A stretch of DNA of 64,000 nucleotides from Eukaryota sp. TZLM1-RC (lineage: Eukaryota; Protista; Metamonada: BaSk clade), in assembly GCA_040285825.1 (NCBI GenBank), contig JAUPSS010000009.1, forward strand, positions 806,001 through 870,000, written 5' to 3'. Below the pieces are notes generated by a model that saw nothing but the letters and a program-made list of their open reading frames with translations, was not told the origin of the DNA and ran no database searches. Every line of letters starts with the position of its first letter. Position 1 is the first letter of the stretch. This document shows, in pieces, positions 11,148-23,989 of this stretch. Made by a program: the position numbers and the translations under genes.

Positions 11148-14100
11148 CTAAACATAATGATAGAAATTGTGAATGATCATCTCTTGCAGTAAAAGATCAA
11201 CTTTCTCCCAGTGAGCAAATCTTATGGGACAGTAAATCAATCTAGACTGGCCATATTTCTTTTCCACCAAGAAAGGAACTTTATCACCATTCACAGCAAG
11301 TACATTAACTTTGGCATCATTGACTTGAACCGCATACTGTCTACTGGATACATCACCTTTATGACGTCTAGGGAAGGCACGAGTAAGATAATGTGGGTTG
11401 CCAAGCTTATAAGTAGGCTGAGCTGATGTTACCCATTTGTACAGAAAATCAGCCTTCATCAAATACTGATCCAAATGCAAAACAAAATGAGAAGAAACAT
11501 CACCTCCAGTAAGCAAAATCTTGGTAGAATTAAAAACCAAAGTGTTGTTTAGATTTCGGAAATACTGATGTGGAAGGGATGAATCAACAAAATTCAAGAA
11601 AATCGTGTTATAGTCAACCACATACTCTGTAACGTAGTTGCTTATAATCAAATCAAATAAAGGAACTCCTCCCAAATGAAAAGGTAACCCTCCTAAAGCA
11701 TGTTGAACTGCAGTAATAGCAGGTTCAAGAGCATTTGGAAAAGTGCCATCGTTATCCACAACAAGATGAACGAGATGTTGACGACGTTCACGTACACAAT
11801 CATAACTTTCTAGTGATAAAAAGTTGGTAATAACCTGGGAAAGATATGACTGAAAGACATTGTCATTAGAATCAACAGGAACCAGTGTTGAGAGTGCTAA
11901 AACTGAATCTCCCCATTGGCTATTTGACTTGCACATTAAGCAAGGGTAACCATTCTGAGAGCGTTGATAGACAACCACATCTTCACCAGTTGGAACGAAT
12001 GGATGGTATACATGTTGGGAAAAAGTAGTATTTGGAGGTAAATTGTTATTAAACTTGCCTTGATCAAAGTTTTGAACACCGTTTGATCGAAAAGGCCACA
12101 ATGCATCAAAATCATTCAACCGAATAAAATTCTTACTGAACAGTTCTCTTGATTTAAGTCTCAATGAACCCCCCAATATAAATACTCGCTTGTTATTGAC
12201 CAAAAGACTTTGTAATGCATCAACTGAGTAATCTGCAAAGTCCATACCATTAAAAGCAATTATATAAGTATTATATTCTAAAGAAGTGATCGAAGCAACA
12301 GAGTTGGTTCTAATGAAATCATATTCGACACCAATATTGTTTAAAATAAAGTGTAGATTATCGAAATTGTAATCATCACTAATGAGTGACAAAAGCACCT
12401 GCTTTCTCTTCCAATGAGTATCTCTGGGTGAAATACTAAGAGAATTAAATAGTAATTGTTGGAAATAACCCCTATCATCGCCAGCATAACAACTAATATC
12501 AACATCAACAATTACAAAAACTCCTTTACCAATGGTTTTACTTGCGGCTATAGCATCGCCAAGACCATTACTACGGCGAATGGAGATTCTTGCATCAAGG
12601 TCATCAATACCAAGATGGTTAACCCAACATGAATCAGCAAATTTGAAAGCTGGAGCAAGATTCCTCACTAAGGGGTCACTTGAATCAGTAATTTTAGCAT
12701 CAATTACAGTTTGGGTTGGTGTTTCGTGGTAAATACTTCTTGTGGAAATTAAATTCCAGGACAGACCTTGTTGAATTAAAAACTTATATTCATCTTTTGA
12801 CCCATACCATACAACTCTCATTCCTGATGAAACCCAATGGCGAACAACTTGGAATTGATAGGGTTTAAGAGCAGAATTATGGTTGAGAATGATTACTGTT
12901 GAGTAAGGAGCGACATCAACCAGCTGGAACTGAACAGAATTTACCAAATCATAATTAAAACCGCCATTTTTTAACATTTCTTCAGTAGAATTAAACACTT
13001 CAAAAGAATTGAGTGTGGAAGCACGAATGACTAAAATCTCAGAAGGTACAAACTTGGCTTCATCATAAGTTAAAGCAAAACAATTCTTCACAATTTGGCT
13101 CAGAGTTTTCCTATCTGAAAAACTCAGTTTCTTTGTGATTTTAAATGATGAAAATGTAACAAAACCTTTTCCTAACTGTTTTGCACCCAAAGCTGGCCAA
13201 CCCTTGGTATTACGAAAAACAGTAGTGAATTTGGCATCAGTAACTTCAACTGAATACTTGGTAAGATCAACTTCATTAAATTCAATAATGTTTGGTAGTT
13301 TTCGGGCTAGAGGATGTTTTGGTTTGACATTGTTCAAAATTTGGGAGGATGATCTCCATTTAAAACTATCATTTTTAGCACGTATGAGAGCTGTCATATT
13401 TAAAAATTTCGACATGTCAAGTGATCCACCAAATAAAGACAACTTAATCCCTTTATCAACAGCATTGAACAAAGACTTCCAGGAATCTTCGTTGAACAGC
13501 TTCTCTTCTGCATAGACATACAGAACAACATGCTTGTATTCTTCAAGAGCTACTGAACTGAATGATGATGTATAAACGACATCATAGGAGCTATGAGTGT
13601 GGTAGTAATCATTGAACAGAGATTCAAATAAAAGAGATGAAGGTAACAATTCATTCACCATTGAAAATAACAATAAATTGTCTTTTCTTGGTTTTCTTGC
13701 TTCAGTTTGAGTGGTCCTGATAGCATTGGTCAATAATCGACCTAGAAAAGCAATAGAATCGTCATCAACATACCATTCAGCGCGAGGACTAAGACCAATG
13801 AATGATACCACTCCACGATGGAAGGACTGGGTGAGGACAACAGGAACACCGTATGCATCACGGAAACAAACCCTGCTGTTGGAGCTGACAGGAAGTGCAA
13901 AGGTTGGAAGTGATTCATTTCCAATGGAAGATCTTGGCGACATTGAATCGACGAGGGGGCAACCGTGGTCAAAAATGGTGAGAGTGTTGCCAGGGGTTCT
14001 CCATTGAGGATGTTGGAGCAGGACGACGTCAGAGAGGGTCGATGTAAATGATTCAGAGGTAGATCCACCAAAAAGAATAAGATTACCACCTTCAAGAGCA

Positions 14101-14327
14101 TAGGTTTTGAGGAAATTAGCATCTTTGGAATCGAGATCAGCAGAATCAAAGGCTACAATGACTTGATCGAACTTAGAGAGGTCAACATGGGAATAGTCAT
14201 CAGCTTCGATGACAACCACAGATTCTGGTAAAACTGACAAAAGATGGGATGAGTCATCAATTCCAGTAGTTAAGAGCAAGGTTTTGGCATCAACAGATCC
14301 CAACACCAAAAATAGCACTAGAAGCAT
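11148..14327 (-). CDS. Secreted protein of about 1060 aa with five tandem class I glutamine-amidotransferase-like (alpha/beta) repeats
   Basis: Intact ORF with signal peptide MLLVLFLVLGSVDA (ATG 14327, alternative 14348). Repeats of about 210 aa with DLS.(F/Y)..V...GG.L.LFGGS...W...HPL...R...G.P....K..GKG. Confidence 0.7.
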   Translation of the reverse strand: MLLVLFLVLGSVDAKTLLLTTGIDDSSHLLSVLPESVVVIEADDYSHVDLSKFDQVIVAFDSADLDSKDANFLKTYALEGGNLILFGGSTSESFTSTLSDVVLLQHPQWRTPGNTLTIFDHGCPLVDSMSPRSSIGNESLPTFALPVSSNSRVCFRDAYGVPVVLTQSFHRGVVSFIGLSPRAEWYVDDDSIAFLGRLLTNAIRTTQTEARKPRKDNLLLFSMVNELLPSSLLFESLFNDYYHTHSSYDVVYTSSFSSVALEEYKHVVLYVYAEEKLFNEDSWKSLFNAVDKGIKLSLFGGSLDMSKFLNMTALIRAKNDSFKWRSSSQILNNVKPKHPLARKLPNIIEFNEVDLTKYSVEVTDAKFTTVFRNTKGWPALGAKQLGKGFVTFSSFKITKKLSFSDRKTLSQIVKNCFALTYDEAKFVPSEILVIRASTLNSFEVFNSTEEMLKNGGFNYDLVNSVQFQLVDVAPYSTVIILNHNSALKPYQFQVVRHWVSSGMRVVWYGSKDEYKFLIQQGLSWNLISTRSIYHETPTQTVIDAKITDSSDPLVRNLAPAFKFADSCWVNHLGIDDLDARISIRRSNGLGDAIAASKTIGKGVFVIVDVDISCYAGDDRGYFQQLLFNSLSISPRDTHWKRKQVLLSLISDDYNFDNLHFILNNIGVEYDFIRTNSVASITSLEYNTYIIAFNGMDFADYSVDALQSLLVNNKRVFILGGSLRLKSRELFSKNFIRLNDFDALWPFRSNGVQNFDQGKFNNNLPPNTTFSQHVYHPFVPTGEDVVVYQRSQNGYPCLMCKSNSQWGDSVLALSTLVPVDSNDNVFQSYLSQVITNFLSLESYDCVRERRQHLVHLVVDNDGTFPNALEPAITAVQHALGGLPFHLGGVPLFDLIISNYVTEYVVDYNTIFLNFVDSSLPHQYFRNLNNTLVFNSTKILLTGGDVSSHFVLHLDQYLMKADFLYKWVTSAQPTYKLGNPHYLTRAFPRRHKGDVSSRQYAVQVNDAKVNVLAVNGDKVPFLVEKKYGQSRLIYCPIRFAHWEKVDLLLQEMIIHNFYHYV

Positions 14328-14544
14328 TATGGTAGGGCGATCATTCATTGAGTCGAGATGATGTGAAATTCTTGAGTCTTTTTTGATAGAATTGGATTGA
14401 CACAATAAATTATCAAAGATCAAAAAACCCCTTTTCACCGTTAGGTAATTTTATCAAGTTAGTAAAGAAATCAAGAATCATATGTTTGTTTCTATTTTTT
14501 CCCATGTTTTTCACACATTTTGGCATTTGAGAAATACTAGATCA

Positions 14545-15240
14545 TTTATTATCAATAGAAAAATGTATTTGTTCACCACAGCTCACATTGCGTTATGCTC
14601 TGAATTGTTCGAAATTGATAACTTATTGTTCTTCATTAAATTTGTTGGAGACACGGTTTCTAATATGGCACGAACTGCGAGAATCTCGTGTATTAAATGA
14701 GCCTCTGGTAAAGGAACCGTTGTCATTCAATAATTTCGGTTCCAATGACACAACTGATGTATACTGTGATTGGATTGAGAACGCTGAAGCTGTTGTTGAC
14801 TTTGTCTCCTGTAATATTGCAATGGCGCTTTGGTTCAAAGAAGCATAACTAATCCTGTAAATGCTCTTGAATTTAAAGCTAAGAAAAACATAGGAAATAT
14901 GAGAAAGATATCGAAGAAGCTAATACTGATAGAAATAGAACACTTGCTTTTATTGCTTTCCCATTTGCTACAACCGGAAGACTTTCACTAGAAGCAGGAA
15001 CTGTTTTGAATGATTTCCACAAAATGGTTCAAGAAAAAACAATTAAAGGATTTGATATCTTTTCATGGCGTTCTTGGATTCTATTTGCCATTACATTTAG
15101 ATTGCCTCGTTTTTTCAATCGAATTAGAGAAGCCTAAACTAGACTGCAAGCAGATCAATATTTTGTAGAGGAAATTTTGGTTCCATGAATTTCGTCCGAT
15201 TAATTGTGAGTTGATTTTGTCAAGTGTGTAGATTTAATAA
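14545..15240 (+). mobile_element. 3' part of RLE non-LTR retrotransposon family A, decayed
   Basis: Zn knuckle (LRYALNCSKLITY), DVYCDW and 3' UTR. The inner boundary of the inverted duplication (14850) lies inside it. Confidence 0.9.
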
Positions 15241-15488
15241 AAGTTCATTAATAGAAATACTAGATGGCGAACAACCATTCATTTTCCACCAAATCAATTG
15301 TTTTCAACAACAAACGAAATAGTATTTAGACAAATAAAGCTCTATATCTTCAAGCCCTGCCTCCTTAACATCAGAACAGCTTATGACTGGAAACTCTGAC
15401 AACCCAAGATGATAATTGTAAAACCAGCTAAACATGGTTTGCTGTGTTATATCATTTATTTACAATTCTAGTTAAAAACCACAACGAA

Positions 15489-16519
15489 CTATACCTCCTT
15501 GATGAGCAAGCCATATGGACGTACATCAACATCATCTTTAGACACCCAATATTCACCCACATTGGTTTTCTTTTTGGAAATAATGATCAGTCTGTCAGAA
15601 GCTGGGTTGACTCTATTTTGCAATACAACCTTAAAGCGTCGACCATCAGCTTCATAAGTTGGTGCGTACAGTGCTGCAACTTCAACGTCGGGAGTTGTGT
15701 AAACACCTGGAATGAGCAACAAAATGATGAGGGCATACCATGACCAAAGAGAAATCTTCTCCCCTTTGAGAGATTAAAACCATCATTTGCGATGCTGTTA
15801 GCACTGTTTTGTGCGGTACCATGGTACGAAACTGGCCATTCATTGGCGTTGGACTTTGTTCGTAGTCCTTGGGTACCCAGCCATTCGTTACCATCATTGA
15901 ACTTGTCTTTCACTTTCAATGCAATTCTGTTCCATCCATATGGGCGATAGTATCTGTGTTTTCCACGATAGAAAACAGTTCCATCGTCTCTTAAGTTTGT
16001 AAAGTCAAAGCTAAAGGCAGAGTCCACAATGTTCATATCAAAACCATATGGTCTTACTTCAGCATTGCCACCACGGAGACGTAGAACTAGGTGAATTGTT
16101 GAATTATTCTGTACACCACAAGATGATAGAAGTTGGTCCTCTTGGAGCTGCCTTCCAGCAAAAATCAGCCGTTGTTGATCTGGGGGGATACCTTCCCGTT
16201 CTTGAATTTTGTACTTAAGTGATTCAACGGTGTCTAGTTCTTGCAAATCAATTGGAATGATTTTTCCTGTCAAAGTTTTAACTTTCAGACCATCGGGTTC
16301 GGAGATCCGGGACGAATGCCTGTTGCTAGAGGCAGGAGGCCCACGTCCTACGGCATCCGTGATGAGATCAGGGCTACGATCTCCTACTGCGCCACACTGA
16401 AGAGAAAGATGGTGTAAGTCAAAGAACGTGATCGGAGCCACTACATCAGGATCTGAAGATGTACTAAGCGCTTGACCGAAGACTGTCTCTAAAGCACCTT
16501 TGATGACGTTAGTACTCAT
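15489..16519 (-). CDS. Ubiquitin-NEURL4-like ART fusion, second intact copy; intron at 15707-15738
   Basis: Near-identical to 3729-4759; 32-nt GTATG...CAG intron. Confidence 0.85.
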
Positions 16520-16590
16520 TCTTGAATGTTAAAGATACAATAAAGTATTGTCGATTGATCACAAATTGTTTTTGATTATATTTTGGTCAT

Positions 16591-18549
16591 TGGTTATGAG
16601 TTAATTTAATTCAGTGTTTGCAATATATGCCAGAATTAATACCATATTTTCAATCAACATATTGCACATATTCTAATTTACATTTTGGTAACAACATTTT
16701 GATTTCATCAAGTGGCGTAAAGCAAGGAGATCCGTTAGGACCTCTTTTGTTTTGTTTGGCCATTCATCCTATTCTACTGCAAATTCAAGAGATGTTTCCT
16801 TCACTAAAAATGATTGCATATATGGATGATGTTGTGCTTATTGGTGAATTAAATATTGTGAAAAAAGCAACTGTATGTTTTAAAGAATTATTTACCAAAA
16901 TTGGTCTCCGACTTAATTTACTTAAATGTGTTTTGTTATCGAATTCTCCAGTTTCCACAATAATTGATGATATTGAAATTCAAGCCAAATTATATTCAAT
17001 TGATGCTATTCGTCATTTGGGTTCGTTTTTAGGAAATAATGATGAAATTACCAAAAAATTGTTTGAAAAGTTGAACTCAATTTCTGACAAAATTGACCGA
17101 ATGATGAATTTAGATATAAAAAACACATCAAATTTACCATTGTAAGACTGTGTTTTAGTTCCAATTTTAATCATATATTTCGATCTACAAATCCTCTCGT
17201 CACTAGACCTTTGGCTCAAAAGTTTAATGAGTTACGTGCAAAAGTTCTGTCTCAATTACTGGGATGAAAAATGTTTCAAATTCCAGATCATGCTTACCTT
17301 AGTCCACAATATGGTGGTTTAGGGTGGACGAAGGCTTCTATTCTTACCTCGTGTGCTTTTGTTGGTGGATGCAGAAATGCAATCTTTGAGTTCTCCGAAA
17401 GATTTGCAGATTGGGAAGATTTATTGATGACAACGCAAAGTTCCACTGTTTTTGCATTAAATGAAGAAATTTCAAGAATTGATGTAGAAAAATGGGGTCG
17501 ATGTTTTCCCCAATCATTCAATGGCAATATTCCAGAAAAAAATGTTTTAAATTTGAAGTATACTCTTCGAACATTACAGAAAAGATTGACTGGAATGTAT
17601 GAAAAAGATCTTTATAATAATATTTGCAGCTCGGCTGTTTTAAATCAAGATCTTCACTCATTGTTATTGGAAAAGGGTGTTTGTGAAAACAAGGTGTCAG
17701 ATTCTTCACTTTTTGTAACCATTGTACCACGAAGATTTGGATTGTGTGCTACTAATGAAGCATTTGTAACAAAAATGAGATTATATTTGAACATCCCCAT
17801 TAACCAATTATTATCAAAAGAAAAATGTATTTGTTCGAATTCACCTCAACTCACTTTGCGCCATGCTCTAAATTGCTCTAAATTGATAACTTATCGTTCT
17901 TCATTACATGATGCTGTTAGAGACACTGTTTTCAATATGGCACAAACTGCAAGGATATCGTGTATCAAAGAGCCCCTGCTGAAAGAAACACTTTCTCTGA
18001 ATAATTTTGGTTCTGATGATAGAGGTGATGTATACTGTGATTGGATTGATAATTCTGAAGCTATTGTTGACTTTGTCTCATGTAATGTTGCAAACGATAC
18101 TTTGGTTCACAGAAGAAAACTTAATCCTGTGGCTGCTCTGGATTTTAAAGCAAAAGAAAAACATAGAAAATATGATAAAGAAATTGAAGATGCAAATATC
18201 GATAGAAATACACAGCTGGTTTTTATTGCTTTCCCATTTTCGATAAATGGAAGATTATCAGTTGAAGCAGAAACTTTTTTGGATGACTTCCAAAAAATGG
18301 TGAAAGAAAAAACAATGAAAAGATTTGATATTTTTTTATGGCGTTCACGGATTCAATTTGCCATTATTAATAGATTACCGCGGTTTTTCAATCGAATTAG
18401 AGAAGCTTTAGCTAGACAGCAAGCAAATCAAGATTTTGTAGAGGAAATCTTGGTTTAATGATAGTCGTCCCATTAGTTATGATTTAATTTAATCAAGTGT
18501 GCAAATTCAATAAATTAAATTCAGTGTGCAAATTCAATAAATACAATAA
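16591..18549 (+). mobile_element. 5'-truncated CRE/R2-type (RT + CCHC + RLE) non-LTR retrotransposon with 9-bp TSD TTTGGTCAT
   Basis: RT motifs GVKQGDPLGPLLF and AYMDD; GGLG; CICx8HALNC; HDAVRD; RGD..D..K..KY. TSD at 16582-16590 and 18550-18558; empty site at 3662-3670. Confidence 0.92.
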
Positions 18550-20378
18550 TTTGGTCATCAAATGAATATGAAAAATTGTGAGACCATTCTTACATTTAAT
18601 TTCAATTGGTACATGAACTTCCGCATTTGCGCCTGGTCTCCAAATACATCCTAAGTAGGCCACTGCAGCAGAATCATCCTCGACATTGACCAGGCTTTTG
18701 TCACCCATGACCTTCTCTTTGCTAACCTATCATTCATTCACTATTTGAATTTTTTATGCGGTGTGATCAATTTTTACCCGGACAAAGTAATCAATCTGAT
18801 AAAAATAAATCACAAACACTTGAATGGAGACAGGTCGAATGTTAGGCGCTAAGTACAGCTCATTGAATTAACTCACAACGAGTTTCAATTTGTTGAACTG
18901 TTGTGTGAGCTACTTTTGATCCACATAGATGCTCAAAATAAATGCTCAATTTTCAAAACTAATGTTAGTGCCAGAGCGGTCGAAAAATTGGAAAAGGGTT
19001 GTAATCCTTTTTACTTGAAACGAACGTATATACATACAATAAATCAACTAACCAATTTCAATCCAAATTGAATCCAATTGTTTGGTACTTTGAGATCAAA
19101 CAGATTATGATAAACAAAACTACGGGTCTGAATAACTGAATTGGCCATTTGTTGCTAGACCCAAATTGGAACCAATAAATTATTGCAATTATGTAGGTCC
19201 CACAGTAAAACTTATCTTGATAATAAAAAAAATAAACGAAACTAAAAAACAATGATGAACAGTAGACCATTTTGATTTTCTGATCAAACAATTCATCTTC
19301 TTCATTTCATGACATGAACAAACAGTACTAAATACTGTCATATCCCATAACACTTTGTTACATTTTGAAACGACGAAATATTTAGAAATATTCGATCACC
19401 CACTCTAACCACTTGAAAACGTTACTGAACTTGTCTTCAACAATATACTGTGATATAGAGAACTGAGCATTACTTCGAAGTTAGCTGTCCTCCTCATGTT
19501 ATTTGGGGTGCTTAGCAACAAGATGGTTTTATAGGTTTGTCCAAACAGCTCCCTTTTGTTGATGAACAATCATGTTGCATCTACACTTATAAGCAGTGCA
19601 TTTACTAGAAAAATAGATTCTAGTTGTTCATCAAAGAAAGATAACCAAAGCTCATTCCGATCACCGGTTAGAATTATATGGAAATCAATGAGGCAAAGAC
19701 TTTTTAATAGTGTTTTATTCAACATAAATTAATTGTCAATTGTCTCGACCACTCAAATCAATTATTCAGACCCCTGAACAAAACTAACTCATCTGGTAAT
19801 TGGAAGCTCTTTTTATAAGTGAATTATCAACGTTACACCAGCTGGGTTCTTTTCTCCATGTGAAATCCTGCCCATTTTATTTATATTTTTTTATTTTAGT
19901 TCCCCCTACAATATATTTATTCAAACTTCAAGATTGGAAAATTGAAAAATTCGCAATTTGCATGTATAGAAGAACTTATGCCTATCTATTGGAAAAACAT
20001 AGATAAACAATTCAAAAACGAGGTTCATACAAAATGAGTGTGAATTATACAAAGAGAAAAGAACAAGAATCACTGATGATGTGGCATCACGTAATACTGA
20101 TTTAATAATCTAATCTACTAAATGGCTATGAGGCAACATTGTTTCCATATTCGGTTTGCCAATCCATGTTTTATATACACTATATAACAATCATGATCAG
20201 TGAACACAAACCTGAAACATTTTGAGGACATTTTTTGATTGGCTCTCATCTATCGTCTATTAATTTGTTCTATTACAAGAAAAACAGAAACAACTATTAT
20301 TTTTGAAATCACAAGATGTCACTGAACTGATGATTATACTTAATGATCATCCAGATATAATGTCCAGTTCTTCTGCTC

Positions 20379-22162
20379 ATGTCCTCAGCCTATTTTCCCA
20401 ACTATGAAAGGAAACAGTCCAGTTGCTGCTTGAAATGTTTCTTGTGTGGATCCATTCTTGCATCGATATTGCTGTTATGTTTCGTTGTTTTCATGGTCTA
20501 TACTCAAACTCCAATAATGGCTTCGAGTGTTGGCATCCAAGAAGAAGCCAAATGGAAGCATCAATGCCACCCCAGCAAAAACGACAGTCTACATAAACTG
20601 TCCAAAAGCGACTTTTTCTGGCCTAATATGAGAAAGGACCTCATAAACCACATCAAAAGATGCCCAACTTGTCAAAAAACGGCACCAGTTAAAAGAACAA
20701 AAAGTTGGACTGGGCTTGTTGAAATGAATCGATTGAGTGTGGTCAATACTCAAACCAGATGGTTCAATTTGAGTACGATGTATCATTTGGTGATAAAACC
20801 GTTACAGCAACTGTGGCCTTTGACAGTGAAAAGAGAACTTACTATCGAACTGTGAACAATGTAAAGCTCTGGTACAGTGAAGAGGAAAATGCTCTCCTGA
20901 AGGGTGATAGTTCAGTCTCAGACTATTGTCTTCGCCTTGAAACGTCTTTTCTCTTTCTTATAGTAATCATAGAAAGATCAAGGCTGATGATCCACTCTTG
21001 GATTTCAATAGGCAGTGTCGAGACATCGCAAGCCCACCTCACCAGCAAGCTAGCGTTCGTTATGAGCATCGTTTTGGTGATGGTGATTCTGTTCAACTGA
21101 TGCTTATTGCGTTCGATCATGCTAATGGTCACTACTTTCTCAAGGCAACACATCAAAGTAATTTCTTTACAATCTGGTTTGACCCAGAAGACCTTTATGA
21201 AGTGTACCAGGATAATTTTGGTCCTTGTCACAAGCACGCTCTTGATCCAAATGAGGATGAATTTATTTCAATGTACACTACGTTCGATTTAATGATTCCT
21301 CCTTCCAACACTGTGCCAGCTGGTGTAACAAACTACAACGATATGAATTGCTTTCTTTACAAGGACAGTGGAATGATTGGTCTAGAGTCTAGAGTCCTTA
21401 GCTTTGAATCTGAATGGTATGTTTGTAATCAGTTTGTCCATGAGTGGCGTGTGCTAATAGACGATGGAAGTTGGGAGTCTCGTACCTACACTGATCACAA
21501 GTATGTTGATCTTTGTCTCTAATTCCAGACAGCTAGCCACCAATGACCCCATCTTTGATTTTGACAAAAGCTGTACTCATCTCGTCGAAGCAATACATCC
21601 CATAGCGATTCAAGATTTCGAGTATGTGACCAAGGACATCAAGGGAGTGCAGGCATATAATCTTGAAGATGACCTGTTTTATTATGAAACTGGTGGATCT
21701 AAAGTATGGTATGAGGGTTTCTTTGATGTTGCGTTTCTACAAGATGAATCGATGCGTGACCATGAATGTGTGCAAGTCACTGATGATAAGCTTTTAAACA
21801 CCATGAAGCTCAAACTAGCCCCCTCTGATCCCAGATATGATGATATTGTCACCGTCAAAGTAGTCAATGATCAAAAATGGACTATGGTTGAAGTAGGTGA
21901 CCAAGGATTTGCTTATGATGTTCAATGGTGTTTGGCGGATCAATTCAATCATGAGCTCTTTGTTAATTGGGAAAAAGACCCTGCTGATACGATTCGTTTC
22001 TCAAACCATCAGTATGTTTTGCATGGTTCCTTGCGTTACCCCAGGTCAATAACCAGAGATAATGATGTGTTCAACCACAAGAAAGCTTGTCGTTTAATGG
22101 TGGATCAAGACACATTATCTGAGCAAGTTCTTTTAGAGAAAATGCGGTTAGTTGGAGGTTGA
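20379..22162 (+). pseudogene. Second copy of the 3-repeat ependymin-like gene, with the integrase insert and an internal deletion
   Basis: Inverted copy of 123-2143 that lacks the equivalent of about 1329-1565 and retains the full C-terminus. Confidence 0.65.
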
Positions 22163-22429
22163 TCATTTGTAAGTGTAATACATTCAAGATTATATGCCAT
22201 CCTTTTCAATCTTTTGTTGGTAAATTATTGTAATATCAACAATGAAACTGTATTTTGTTCCTTATTTGGAAAAGAACAATGCTTTTATCCATTGAACAGG
22301 TCAAACATTGGAAGTTTCAACTTTCTACCACTATGTTTGGCTAAATTAATTTTAGGACACTTAAGCGGATTCTTGAAAGCTACAAAACTAACAAACTTGT
22401 TGCATTTAACATTTATTAATTAATTTCAG

Positions 22430-23760
22430 TGTAGGTATCTCACTTGTGAGTACCTTAAATATATATAGAATAACATTAAATAAAACTATCTTTATCTTAA
22501 TCCACCTACAACCAGCATTATGCCTATCGGCAACAATAATTATTGTGCGTCACAGGCACACCAAACAGCAAACAGCAACATCGCTGCAAACAGCAAAAAG
22601 AAGTCTGGGGTATGTCAGACATCTTTCAGTGGAGACCTATTTAACCCTCATCTTTACATAATTTCAAATGCCATGAATATTCTACATGAAGATGCGAGTT
22701 CCACTGTAACCCACTCCACTCCCCATGAGAAGAGTTCAGGTGTTTTACACCTCATTCCTCCTCAAACGAGTTCAGGTGAAGCCGATTTCACTTCTATTCA
22801 ATTCAGTTCGGGTCAACACCCCACTATCACGCAAACGAGCGGTGTTTTTCGTGTCGCTCCACGTAAAACACCACTCCAAATCTAACTCATTGGAGGTAAC
22901 CCTTCCCAATCGAGACGCCCACTCAACGGCTACTACAGCCCTGGCTACGACCAATTTTACACAGGACAAACCTCCTGTCATAAGCCTTGAGTGAGAAGCG
23001 CTCCTCGCCACTCTATTAAAAAAGAGAGTGAGAATCAGGAACCAACGGATTCCGTAGAATTTCTACCATCAGATACCGAATAAGAGGCCGAAATAGACAA
23101 ATCCGAGGTAGTTTCGATAGTTTTAAGAATATTCATGGAGGCCAAAGTAGATCTAGGGGCCGAGGTGGCCGTGGCACAAGAGGTAATAAACATTGTGAAT
23201 ATATGTTTCATATACACCAATCATCAGATGTTACAGCTCCCAAATTGAGGCATTTATATTTAACTTTTCAATTTAAAAATACAGCTCAAGCACCCCCCTT
23301 AAACCCATTCTCTTTCTGTGATAATATTAAATTGGATAAGTATTGAAGTTTAAACAGTCTAGAAAGAAATTTTTGCAATCGAGCAGATGAATTTGCACCT
23401 TGTTTAAACCACAACAGATCAAAGCAGCCTCAGTTTTTAGAACTTCAGGGAAGAATTATCGATACGGTCTTAAAAAAATATGATAGACACAGCTGCATAT
23501 TGTTCTGTTATTTCCCTAAACCTAGCAAATTGGTGTTCATTGTCCATAAATGAAGGCAATACAACTCAATTCATCTCTGCGAGTAATGTATCAAAGAATT
23601 TGCTTAAGAATGTACAAGACATTCTGACGTTAAATGTTGGCGGCATTGCGAACCAATTATCAACACAACATTCTCTTTCCACTAATAGCAGGTTCGAAGA
23701 AATTTTCAATTGGGGCAGGCATGTTACAACAACTTGGGCTACTGACATCTGACTGTTTAG
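22430..23760 (+). mobile_element. Decayed Ty3/gypsy-like remnant: candidate 81-bp LTR, gag-like region, retropepsin
   Basis: TGTAGGT...ACCTACA at 22430-22510 with TATA and AATAAA. MIDTAAYCSVIS at 23480 resembles the D(T/S)GA protease motif. Confidence 0.5.
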
Positions 23761-23989
23761 TTATTTTTAGACAAGGAGCGCCGCACCCTGCTAAAAGCTG
23801 AAGCCTTATTTGATTACAGAATTAAAACTCACCAAATTGGTCATGTAGAATCAATTTCTTGCAATAAAGATGACTTGACTCAGCAATTAGAGAGATTGAG
23901 GTGAAATTAATTGACATGATAGTGTGTATAATAAAAGTTTGTCTGATATATTAGCTCAATACAACTATATAGGTATTTCATCAATGAGT

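Larger units (their letters stand above)
14850..22284. repeat. Right arm of the inverted segmental duplication
   Basis: Reverse complement of 1-5398, with arm-specific inserts (16591-18549, about 18590-18940, about 19320-19860) and a deletion of about 240 bp at 20958. Confidence 0.95.

Noticed and set aside
11211-14149. Short antisense or overlapping ORFs within long genes (also in CLF1, Sec7, hAT)
   Set aside because: Shadow ORFs with no motifs.
22140-22162. C-terminal RLVGG resembling a ubiquitin-like tail
   Set aside because: No beta-grasp domain precedes it and the protein appears lumenal or extracellular; likely chance.
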